Source: Macrostomum lignano
Taxonomy: Eukaryota
Assembly (NCBI GenBank): GCA_002269645.1
Contig: NIVC01001116.1
Span: forward strand, 1-64,000
Length of the DNA stretch: 64,000 nucleotides
Reading direction: 5' to 3'
Below the pieces are notes generated by a model that saw only the letters and a program-made list of their open reading frames with translations, did no database searches and was not told where the DNA came from. Shown in pieces: positions 10,210 through 20,312 of this stretch (its first letter is position 1; every line of letters starts with the position of its first letter). Made by a program: the position numbers and the translations under genes.

Positions 10210-10512
10210 TATCCCGTGGCCTGAGTGAGGAAGGCAATGTCCTTGCTAGTCACTATTTGTGGCGACATCTCCAAATTGCGTGAAACCCGTCATACAGCTT
10301 CAAGTACCACTTAAATTGAGAAATCTTTTGAAGGAACAGAGGTAACTCCTCTTCCCAAAGGTAAAAAGCTTGAAGACATGGTGGCAATGCGCAGCCAAGC
10401 TCCTAAGTATTTTAAATATAAGGAGAAGGTTCAGAGAGCAGACGGAGATGGGCGGTAATTATCGCCGCTTAAGGTGTGCTCCAGCCTCTTTCGAAAGATT
10501 GAGGGTAAACTA
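10210..10512 (+). ncRNA. Group I intron, IC1-like, 303 nt, no internal ORF
   Basis: P1 CAGGU/GCCUG with U.G at the splice site; P3 CATCTCC 10266-72 / GGAGATG 10444-50; P AAATTGCGTGAAA; Q GCGCAGCCAAGCTCCTAAG; R GTTCAGAGAGCAGACG; S CTTAAGGTGTGCTCC; P7 fully paired with compensatory changes; P5abc with A-rich bulge and GAAA/GTAA loops; P9 GAAA hairpin. Removal restores NFTGPGTRL in frame. Confidence 0.93.
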
Positions 10513-11661
10513 CCCGGCACTCGCTTAGATTTGAGATTAAATCCTGACAATACTCCAAAATCTGATTCAATTCCAATAAATGGGATTGATTGGTTAGCAT
10601 ACTATCACGACTTAGCATATAGAGATGCTGACAAGAACCCGCCCGAGGAAGCATTAAGATTAAAACATGAAGCCGATCAAAAAATGATTCAAGGATTAGA
10701 TAACTTGCAGGGATTATCGGTAGGGCAAAGATTAACTAGGTGGATGGTTAAAAAGATTTTGCAGTCTAAAGTTAAATTTGGTTTGGGAATTAATTATAAT
10801 CAACATGGAAATAATTGTGTCGAGTGTTTATTATTAAGTGGTGGTGGGTTAAGTTCTGATGAGGCAAAGATTCTTCATAAAGAATATCGAAAACCTAAAT
10901 TTTATAGAAAAATCATGAACTTCAAAAAGAATGAAATTTGGTATGCTGATTTAATGTCGATGCCGAACGAAAGAGGATATAAATATATCTTAACCATATT
11001 AGATGGTTTTACTCGATACGCGTGGGCTGTTCCTTTAAAATCCAAAAAGGGAGAGGAGGTTGCTGCTGCTTTTAGAAGTCTTGGAGAAAAAAGCGAAAGA
11101 TTGTGTGTTGATGAAGGAAAAGAATTTTACAATCCTCATATGTATAAATTGTATCATTTTGAAAAAGGAAAAGAAAGGAAAAAAGACGCGAATGGGGAGT
11201 ATATTAATAAAATTTATTCTATTTATGGAGAGAGTAAAAACGCATTAATAGAAAGATTTAATCGAACTTTAGGTAAGAAATTATGGTTTCAGTTTAGTCT
11301 TAATGGTAACCAAAAGTGGGTAAAAATATTACCAGACGTAGTGAAAGATTATAACAATTCATATCATTCAGCTATAAAGATGACTCCTCAACAAGCTTAT
11401 AACAATCCTGAAAACGTTAAAGTTACTTTTGGAAAATTTGAAAAAAATAAAAAGAAATCTTTTAAGGTTGGTGATTCTGTTTATATCTATAAATGGAAAG
11501 ATAAGTTTGAAAAAGGAAGAAAAGGATATTGGAAGATAAGTGAGAAATTTACTATCAGTAAAGTTTTAAATACCAATCCTACAACCTATATAATTGCTGA
11601 TAATGACGGTGAAGAAATATTGGGTTCGTTTTATGAGAACCAACTAATATCAGCGAACTAA
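10513..11661 (+). CDS. PLA2-integrase ORF, exon 2 (PLA2 catalytic half fused in frame to rve/DDE integrase)
   Basis: PGTRLDLRL...PINGIDWLAYYHDLAY (PLA2 HD dyad), then without a stop LHKEYRK...WYADL...ILDGFTRYAWAVPLKSK...VDEGKEF...IERFNRTL...YNNSYHSAIKMTP. Confidence 0.92.
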   Translation, partial: PGTRLDLRLNPDNTPKSDSIPINGIDWLAYYHDLAYRDADKNPPEEALRLKHEADQKMIQGLDNLQGLSVGQRLTRWMVKKILQSKVKFGLGINYNQHGNNCVECLLLSGGGLSSDEAKILHKEYRKPKFYRKIMNFKKNEIWYADLMSMPNERGYKYILTILDGFTRYAWAVPLKSKKGEEVAAAFRSLGEKSERLCVDEGKEFYNPHMYKLYHFEKGKERKKDANGEYINKIYSIYGESKNALIERFNRTLGKKLWFQFSLNGNQKWVKILPDVVKDYNNSYHSAIKMTPQQAYNNPENVKVTFGKFEKNKKKSFKVGDSVYIYKWKDKFEKGRKGYWKISEKFTISKVLNTNPTTYIIADNDGEEILGSFYENQLISAN

Positions 11662-11671
11662 GTTCGAACAA

Positions 11672-11896
11672 TTACTTGAGACAACATGGTAGTAAATTTT
11701 TTATAACAAACAAAAACAATATTATTACTATAATTGTTACTAATATTATTATTGACATTTGTTCAACTGTTATCAAACTTAAATTTTCATTAAGTTCATT
11801 AATTGGAACATTTCCGATGTAGGAATAGTTTACCTTCATTTTTTTATATATATTTTTCACAATAAATGTCGTTTCTGTTATAGAATAATAGTTCAT
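11672..11896 (-). CDS. Small membrane protein (one C-terminal TM helix, CC tail)
   Basis: 74-aa ORF with IIILVTIIVIILFLFVI hydrophobic run. Confidence 0.5.
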   Translation of the reverse strand: MNYYSITETTFIVKNIYKKMKVNYSYIGNVPINELNENLSLITVEQMSIIILVTIIVIILFLFVIKNLLPCCLK

Positions 11897-11912
11897 TTTT
11901 TAAATATTTTTT

Positions 11913-12227
11913 TCACATAAAAATTTCACTTTCATTCTCTGAATCGCTGGTTTCATATGAACTATTTGTTGATTCGGAATCTGTTGATCTAACCTCCCAA
12001 TCATCCGAATTTAAATAATCTCCAAGTTGAAATATTAACTCACCCTCTTGTTCTAAATCAAACATCTCATCTAGCTCTAATGGATAAAGTTTTAGGTCGT
12101 GCTTGTCGTCATATTTTAAATAAACTTCATCAATTATTCCATTCAAAATATGTTGTTTTATTATCTCTGCATTTTTAGCAACAGTCTCAAAAGTATCACT
12201 AACAGAAAAGGTGTAAACTCGGGTCAT
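11913..12227 (-). CDS. Small acidic hypothetical protein
   Basis: Intact 104-aa ORF with AAAAATG context; Ser/Glu-rich tail. Confidence 0.5.
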   Translation of the reverse strand: MTRVYTFSVSDTFETVAKNAEIIKQHILNGIIDEVYLKYDDKHDLKLYPLELDEMFDLEQEGELIFQLGDYLNSDDWEVRSTDSESTNSSYETSDSENESEIFM

Positions 12228-12281
12228 TTTTAGTAACAGAAAAAGACCCTTCGCGCCTGCGGCGCGGGCAAGGGGTTATAG

Positions 12282-12551
12282 AGTAGTAGTATAGAAAAAG
12301 ACGCTTACAGATCAGACCTTATTTTAATGGCCGTTTTTAAGGTCTTAAGAGGGGGGACGCGAGGGGGGTGTTGGGGAGTGTTTGGAAGTGTTGGGAATGA
12401 TTTTTATTGTTAGGGGTGATTATGGGTGATTAGATGTATTAATGGTGTTTAGATGTGTTTTTTTATTTACCCCCCGTGTCCCCCCTCTAGACCCTCAAAA
12501 CGGTCATTAAAAAAGTGCTCTGGGTCTAGAAGCGTCTTTTTCTATACTACT
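12282..12551. repeat. Polinton right terminus, bounded by its own imperfect inverted repeat of about 90 bp
   Basis: AGTAGTATAGAAAAAGACGCTT at 12285-12306 and its exact reverse complement AAGCGTCTTTTTCTATACTACT ending at 12551; similarity continues inward. Confidence 0.85.
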
Positions 12552-15500
12552 CGGAACGACGCACATCCGGTTGCACTCAATCAGCATGTCGAAGTACATT
12601 CTTCTCCAAACTATCTTGGACTTGCTGGCAATTTTGCTCACTCTCAGGCTAAACAGTGCAATCAGCAGATTAACCATGACGATATTGACCAGCAGAAGGA
12701 ACACAAACATGAAGCAGTTGTAGAACGCATCACTGCCTTTGTCATAGGCCATGGAGCCGATTTCATACCCAGTAAGGTTGGTACTGTTCACGCTATTGAA
12801 TTTAATCTCGTCGAAATTAGTGAACATTAGCTTCAGGGGAAGCGTAAACACCTGGACAAGCGACAGCCAGTAGTTCGCTCCCGCTGGAACAGGGAACAGC
12901 AGGTGAAAGAAGAAAATCCCGAAGGAATATATCACAATCAGGATTATTGACAGAAACGGTAGCAGATCCAGATATAACAATTGAACCAGCATCATAACCA
13001 TAGGCCCCGTCTTCTCGAAGAACACCAAAAGTGAAATCAGACGAAATCCCCAAATTAGGAAGCTGGCAGCTGTGATCATTCTACCGGAGTAATATCCATA
13101 AAGTAGAACCCCTTGAACACTAGCAAAAAAAGCAACAGCATTAGCCAATTCTAGCCAGGAGAGGGCTCTGTTGGTGCTCAAAAGAGGCAGAGAAGACCTG
13201 GATAGCACACGAGAAAATAACACAAAATAATATGAAGATCCATACACAATGAAGGCCGAAATCCAAATTCGATAGTCAGTATTTGCATTACCATCCAATG
13301 AAGAAGTCTCATATGTCATCGGAATTCCAATACTTAATACAGACAGTAAGATTAACGCAATTAAGTCGGACACGCAGTACGAATAAAACTTTGCACGTGG
13401 TGAAGCAGCTGGATATCTCTCTAGCCTAACACTACCGATGTCTTTCTTAACATTTTCATCGTTAGGCAGCAGATTCCTAGTCAGGCTGCTGTGCCGGTTC
13501 TTCCACTCCGTGTCGGCCAGCTTGGTCATGCACTCACTGACAAACAGCTCGTCACAGCCAGCTTCCAGCAGCAGTCGCAGCACTGTGCATGGCTCGATAG
13601 CATCCTTCTTAGTCTCGCCAAACATGCCCGACGTCGGGTGCACACAGGTAAAAAGTGGGCCGCTACTTTTTGGCTCCATCCGGCCGCAAATATAGTCGAA
13701 GAGCAGTTGCTGCTCATAGGCGCTGGCATTGCGAAACATTTCATCAATAGCGTTGAATGCGATGCCTTTGAGCTTCTGTCTCAGTTCCTTAATCTCGTCG
13801 CGCTGCTCAGGAATCTCCTTCAACTTTCGCTTGAGCTCAACTAGCACTTTCAGGCATGTAGGAATTAGCTCGAACTGTCTCGTGAGCACTAGGTCCGGTA
13901 TGATCTTGAATTTATTGAGAAACAACGCTGTCTCAACTATGGACATTTCTGTTGCCTGAGTAAGATTTTCAGGATGTAAAATAGATGCAGCCAAGTACTC
14001 AGTTTCCAGGCTGATGAAGCCAATGCTTATTGCACTACGCAGAATCTCAGGTGCGTCAAGTTCAATGGAAGTGACAAGAAGGTTTACACCTGAGAGTGCT
14101 CTCTGATGTTGCTTAGGGACACTCGCTGATACACTGACGGAGCTCAGAACTCTGTTGGCCGTCTCCCTATCAGGCAGATCCAATGCTCGCTTCGGCAAGT
14201 CCAGAAGTCTCAGCAGGTTTGTCTTTCTCCCGCCACTGCTCAGAAATGCTTTCTCAACTGCGCCATCCTTTCCACTGTTGCAGGCAAAGTCGATCGGTGT
14301 GAGTCCGTCATGGGTCGGTGAGGACAGCGACAAGCCCTTTTCAATGAGAAACTTAAACGCAAAGTGAAGACAAGTCGCTCCTCTGTGAGTTCCTGACGAG
14401 ACTGTCAGTGACAGTAGTTCGGATGCTTCGATGCCAGATAAGCAGGCAAGTGGCTCAACAAAGTCTTTCAAGCGGTACCTGGTGGCAGCGAGATGAACCG
14501 CATGCGTCCCAGTCGAGCTGTGAAGCATCGCCTTGATCAGCTTTCCAACATTGTTGGTGTCCGCAGCCGCTTCTAAAATTTGCTTCAACAAGTTCTCTCG
14601 AATTTCGCACACTTGGAGACAAGTCTTACCAATGCTGTTCTCAGTGTCCGGATTTACTCCGGCTTTGGCAATGAGCTTCAGCGATTTGATAAAGGCTTCT
14701 ATGCCGCTGGTTGCAGCAGTGTTCATGAAGAGTGCGTGCATCAGGGTGTTCCCGTCAGCGTCAACGCGAGTCATTTCGTCGCTTGATTTGAAAGCCTCGA
14801 GTGCAGCCACGTTCCAGTTGAAGCTCGCATAGAAAAGCGGGTTTCTCCCTGATGCGTCCAAGGACTTCAAGGACTTATCGAGTACGCCAGGGAAATATTC
14901 CTTCAAGAAATTGTAAGACTTGACGTTCGCGAAAGCAAGATGCGCCACGGTTTGCTGCTTGTTATTTCGCCAAAAGATGCAGTCACTCGCGAGCTTCTTC
15001 ACAGCGGCATCAGTGAAAGTGAGCATGCCGCGTGAGATAGCGAGATGCAATACTGTGTTGCCTGCGTCATCTGCGGCATTGAGAACAGCAACCCTGGCAG
15101 CTGGTAGCAGCTCCAATAGAGTGGCCTCATCTTCACGGTGTGCCAAGCAATGCAGCACTGTCTGAGTGCAGTGAGAAGTGCTTCTGAACAGTCTGTCCTA
15201 TGGGCCATGTAGTGCATGCACGTGTTTCCAGAAGTGTCCTGCAAGCTGACGCATGCGGTATTCATTGCATTCAGCAGTCGCAACAGCACGCTTGGCTGGC
15301 AGTGCACCGACGCCAGATGTAATGCCGTCTCTGACTTGTTGTTTAACCAGCAGGGGCATCTGAGATTTCTCAGCAGTGCTGCTTTATGCTTATCTAACAT
15401 GGCGTTTTTCATAGCCTGCCTCTCAGCATCCTCAAGGACAGCTAACATTGCGTTATCATTATTTTCGTTCATAGCGGCATAGTGCATCCATGTGTTTCCA

Positions 15501-16702
15501 TCCCAATCAACCAGGCCAAACTTTTGGGCATCTTCCGGGTTCAAAGGCAACTCTGAAGACAACCTGAGCATTTGTTTTATGGTATCTACTCTGCAGTTTT
15601 GAAGCACCAGCTGCAACACAGATTGCTTTTTGTTATTTTTCCACCGAAAACTCTTTGGAAAAAACTCAACAGCCCGAAGTACAGCCTCGTCTGCACCTCG
15701 CATGGCAGCATAGTGAATGCTGGAGTTTCCCTGTTGGTTTTTCGTTTTAAGATGCTTTTTGAGACAGCCACTGCGTGTGTGACCAATCTCTAATAAAGCC
15801 GGTATTCTCTCTGGACTGAACTTCTCAATCGACATGTGCAGCATTGTTTGTCCAGCGGAGTTCGGAGCAAACAGATCACTGCAACTGGTGGGTGTTGAGT
15901 CAACCAGCAGACTCAGCACGTCCTGGTGCTCTGTGTTTGAGGCGGCATAGTGCGCTATGGTGTTTCTGCGTGACGTCTTCAGCGTCTTGAGCAGTTTGGA
16001 AACCATTTCACCGCTATCTATGATGTCAGAGAGGATTTTTCTCACAGTGCCAGTAGAATGGCAACCAAGCGAGAGGTGGAGCGGCGTGACCGACTTGTAG
16101 TCTTCTTTGAGCAGAGCTCGAGACCTGAACAGTCGCAGAATGTGCAGCAATGTGGACTCTCCATCGGTGCTCATCGCTGCATAGTGAGCTGCAGTTCGTC
16201 TGCTTTTATCGTGAACATGCTGACCCGAAAAATCATTGGGTATTTGCATGAGCAGTTCATTGGCTTCTGAGAATCTACCAACTTTTGTCAAACGAATAAT
16301 TCTTCTCATAAAGTCCTTCTCTGCACAATCTTTGAGCAGCTCTGTTGCTTTCTGTGAAGCTTCGGTTGAATCTAGATAGTCGCTTGAAGAATCCTCACGA
16401 GCATTCATAGTAGTGCCATCTTCTTGGTCCAACTCGGCTTCTGAGTCGCTACTGTCGCAGTCCAGTTGAAGGACGGCATTGGATTTCACATGCAGACCAG
16501 ATTGATGAAGTTCAGTGGGTTTCGGCAGCTGTGCTTCATAATCTTCACCGTCTCGCTGATGGAACTGGGCTGACGATTTTTTCTCAGCGAGGCTTTCCTC
16601 GTTAGAGCTGCCGCCAACGAAGCTCGCATCGACGTCTACAATTGTCAACTCCCTGCCGTTGCGGCTGCCGTCACTGCTTTCTCTTGGTATCTCATCCGCC
16701 AT
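12552..16702 (-). pseudogene. Intronless ankyrin-repeat TRP-family (TRPA-like) channel gene, frameshifted near 15160 and cut by the Polinton just after the S6/TRP region
   Basis: Many ankyrin repeats (GNSSIHYAAM, GNTVLHLAIS), 6-TM region, FGPMV-like TGPMVMML, VNLLIALFS...IVWRR; the frame runs into Polinton TIR sequence after RMCVVP. Confidence 0.85.
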
Positions 16703-18619
16703 CCTCTGCTGATAATGAGACGGCGCTCTCTGTGAGAATTTGTCAATTTATGGTTTTTATAAATTTTTTCATTGGCATTGACATACATTATCTTGCCTAC
16801 CATGTCATGCCATAAGGGAAGTTTACACAGACAAGAATACAAATATTTGAGAAGACTTAAGTGAAGCCCACAAATAGTTCATAGTAATCCCGTGCAGCAT
16901 TCTGACGTCCGCTAACGTACCAACGTAACTTATGCCGATGGTTGACACACGTAATGGATGACGACGTTGTACGTCGGTAAAGTTTTCCTTTTCCAGCGAT
17001 GTCGACAGACGTCAGATTGCTGAACGGAATGCTTTTTTACTTTACTGCTTCTATTTCTGCCACAAGTACTACCCTTCAATGACTATTAAATCCGTAGAAT
17101 AGTGTGTCTGCCCCCCAAAAAGAAGACGTGGCTGTCACACGAGTTCAGACCACCTTTTTGAAGTTAAATGTGGCACCGAAGAGCTGCTTTGAGCAGAAAG
17201 AACAGAATACTAGTGTTTTACACAGTTGTATATTTGTGTACGGCATGCCTAATGCATATGTTGTAACAAGGACCACTGTAGTAGAAGGGCAGTGGTCCTT
17301 GTGTTGTACATGTGTGCCTGAAAGCTATTTGGCATCATTTGCAGTCACACATGTTCTTCAGCATGCATTATTTTAGAAGGTACATACAGTAACTTCTCAT
17401 AAACTTTTTAAGTCACAGAACTATACCTGTTGCGAACCGAGTCAAATTAACTCGTAATAAGCACCCTGAGCTGCAAAGATTGCGACTAAACTAATCACCG
17501 TGAACAAAGACACACGCTAGCAACCAGAACCGTAAGCACGTATAAAACGGTAGTTTATTTCAAAACGATTATACCTAATCTTACCCGAAGTTTTATCGTA
17601 GTTCTTGTACTCCTAAAGTGACTTTACATGCACCTTAAAAGAGTGATTGAAAGAGAAATCTTGCGCACCGACTGTTGTGCTTTTGTTTTTGCTCCAACAG
17701 CTAAGCTAAGGACAAGTGTGATATGCAGTGTTTATTTTATGCAGATGCAGTAAATGTAAAACAGCTTCTATTTTTACTGCCAAACTTAAACTGCAGCGCT
17801 GCAGTGTTTTGGGGTTGCAGTGCTGATGGAGAGAGATTTTTTAGTTGCATAGTGCAGCCCTTCATCAGTAGTGCGTCAACTTGTTCATCTTATTATGCTC
17901 AATTACATTAATGAGTCCTTTTTGCATTGTATTGTACACTTATAGCTTCGAAAAAAACTTGCTTCAGAAACGCCGTACGCCGTACGCGCAGCAGTACAGC
18001 AGTTCTGTACTCTCTGCTTTTAGATACATTCTCACGGCTCAATTCCATGCTTACCATAGTAGCGAAAGAATAAATTGGTATAAGATTATTTAGTGTAGAT
18101 TCGCACTCACGCAATAAACCTGTCTGAATTTCTACAAGAGACAAAGTGCAATTGAGTGGCGTGGCTGTGGTGACTGGCATGCCTAAGCATTTATTCGACA
18201 ACCGAATAAATGCTAGCTTATTGGGAGATGCTGCGACCTCCCGATGATCTACTAGCCTTTGATAAAGATGATTCTCGTTAGCCGGAACGAGTGTTGTCAA
18301 CTAGGTGTTTTTAGAGCTCTATCATTCACCGTAATGTTGTCTATTAGAAGACTCTAAGATATACTAAAGAGTTTTTGAGATGTTTTGGAGGCCAGGTTTG
18401 AAAAGAGTCATCAAGACTTATTCCACGCTGAAAAGGGTGTCTTGGAAAAAAACTAGGCGTAGAGAACACGCGCCTGTGCTGGGTTTACTTGTCTGCAAAG
18501 TCTGTGGACGAATCCACTGCGATGTTCTTGGGCTGATCGCATAGAAAAACATAGCTGGCAACACTTCAGTTGAAGCGACATTTGAGTTTCCGTTTGCATA
18601 CGTTCTGCGCAATCAGAAG

Positions 18620-20312
18620 GCCAATACTGTCATCATGATCCTGGGCGAAAAGTTCTTACCTGAGTATGGATTTCCCAGCCAGATTCATCCGGACCAAGGA
18701 AAGCATGAACTTCTCTGGCAAATTTTTCAACAAATGTGACGCGACAGCTTCACCACAAAAAACACCGTAAAATTATAGCTAAAACGGCCATGTGGATAAC
18801 TTAAAAAAAACAGTTAAATAACGTTTTAACCGTTTATTTAAATGACCGGGTATTTATACAGCATTACCTAGTTCACGAGAAAATACTAGATGCCAATAGA
18901 CAATACTGAATCCGCCGAACTAAAATTAACTCAAAGAAGCTCTCACCTGGCGACCTCGTCTCCCTCAACAATCCTGCAATATATCCAAGCTGGGAAGCTC
19001 CAAAGTTTAACAGATCGCTCAAAGCAGTTTACGAAGTTTCTTCAGAAGATTGGTGAAATTTAATGCAAGATTTGTTCCTGTTTTGGGATTTCACGAACTC
19101 GAAAGGATATTATTCTACTAGTGCATCGGTGGAATCATCTGAACGTGTTTCAAGGAGATTACGGTACATCCGGAAGAGCCATCAGGACTTCGTAGAGCGT
19201 TGTACTGGATGGTTGCCTCTTGGTGTCCTTGAGGTCTTGAGGCTGGAGGAAGACGACGACGAGAATAAGGCGGTTGGCCCAAATTCAAGCTTGGCAAGAT
19301 TCTGCACCTCCACGAAGCGTGCCGTCAACACGCGGTGCCAAGCGGGCAACCGGAGCAACCCGGTTGGCAAAGCAGAATCGGGGGGGGGAGAGAGGCCCGT
19401 AGCCTCGGCGTAACAGCCGCGGTCTATGGGCAAACCTCCTCGCAACAGAGTGGCTTGGACCTAACCGACCCAGGCACCTCTCGAACAACAGTAAGGTTGA
19501 AAGCTTTGCCGAAGAAGTCCACTGCGGAGAGTGCAACAAGTGGATAAGCAAGTCCAACCACGCGCGGCATAGGAAACGGTGCAAGGAAAACGGAAGGAAA
19601 CCAGAGGCGGGCGCGACACCGGACGAGAGGGCAGAAGAAGCAGCAGTACCAACGGGGAGAGGCCAGCAGACGACGGGGATTACGGCGCGGATCTACAAGA
19701 GCGCCAGAGCTCCGTGCCCGGACTGCGGGAGGATGCTGGCCCGCACGAACATGGCCAGACATCGAAAGACCTGCCAGTGAGTCGGCGGCAGAGCGTCCAC
19801 GCCGCGAGGCGAGAAAAGGACTGAAGAAGAAGAAGAAGGCCCAAATTCAAGTTTAGTTCGATGAAACTTGCTACTGACAGGCGCTCCTCGCGCCAATTCG
19901 TTTATCTTATCAGAGCTGGCAGAGATAGGTGTCACCCGGATAGGGATAGGTACTCAAATCTAAGGGCAAAACATACGTAAATCGTAATCACCTGGTCTTA
20001 AATCTCAATATCTTTCTTGTAAAAAGGGTCAACGCAATTTTTATATTGTATTGGGTCAAGGAAGGAGTTTGAGTCACCGTTGTGAGTAAGGACCCAGCCT
20101 GACTTGGTAGTTGTGGGAGCGTCGAAAAGGATCATCCTCCTAGAACAGCTAAGAGAGACTGTATGAGGCTCACTCGAGTGCCGTCAAATGAGTCAGGGAG
20201 TGCGCGCCGCGTCACAGAGCTGCCAGCCAAGCGACCGCGGCTGCACTACAGCTCAGGCCAGCCCGCTTGAATAAAGGCTCTCTACGTTGCAGCCACCTTT
20301 TCGGTCTTCACA
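18620..20312 (+). mobile_element. Degraded 3' remnant of a Ty3/Gypsy element (integrase fragments, PPT-like tract, probable 3' LTR 19930-20312)
   Basis: FLPEYGFPSQIHPDQGK and PGDLVSL...APKFNRSLKAVYEV resemble the integrase at 59600-60250; AGAGATAGG precedes TGTCAC; AATAAA near a ...CACA end. No TSD found. Confidence 0.55.

Larger units (their letters stand above)
1..12551. mobile_element. Polinton/Maverick (adintovirus-like) endogenous dsDNA virus, right-hand part; left end lies before the window
   Basis: AT-rich gene-dense block with pPolB C-terminus, adenain protease, A32-like ATPase, MCP, penton-like protein, PLA2 and rve integrase. Ends in ...TTCTATACTACT (reverse complement AGTAGT, a typical Polinton terminus) at 12551, followed abruptly by host TRP coding sequence. 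Confidence 0.95.

Noticed and set aside
10210-10512. Spliceosomal intron or Gypsy-like insertion explanation for the PLA2 insert
   Set aside because: No GT-AG ends at the frame-restoring junction, no TSD or TIR, and the group I pairings are complete.
17908-18300. 130-aa minus-strand ORF
   Set aside because: No recognisable motif, splice context or homologue in the window.
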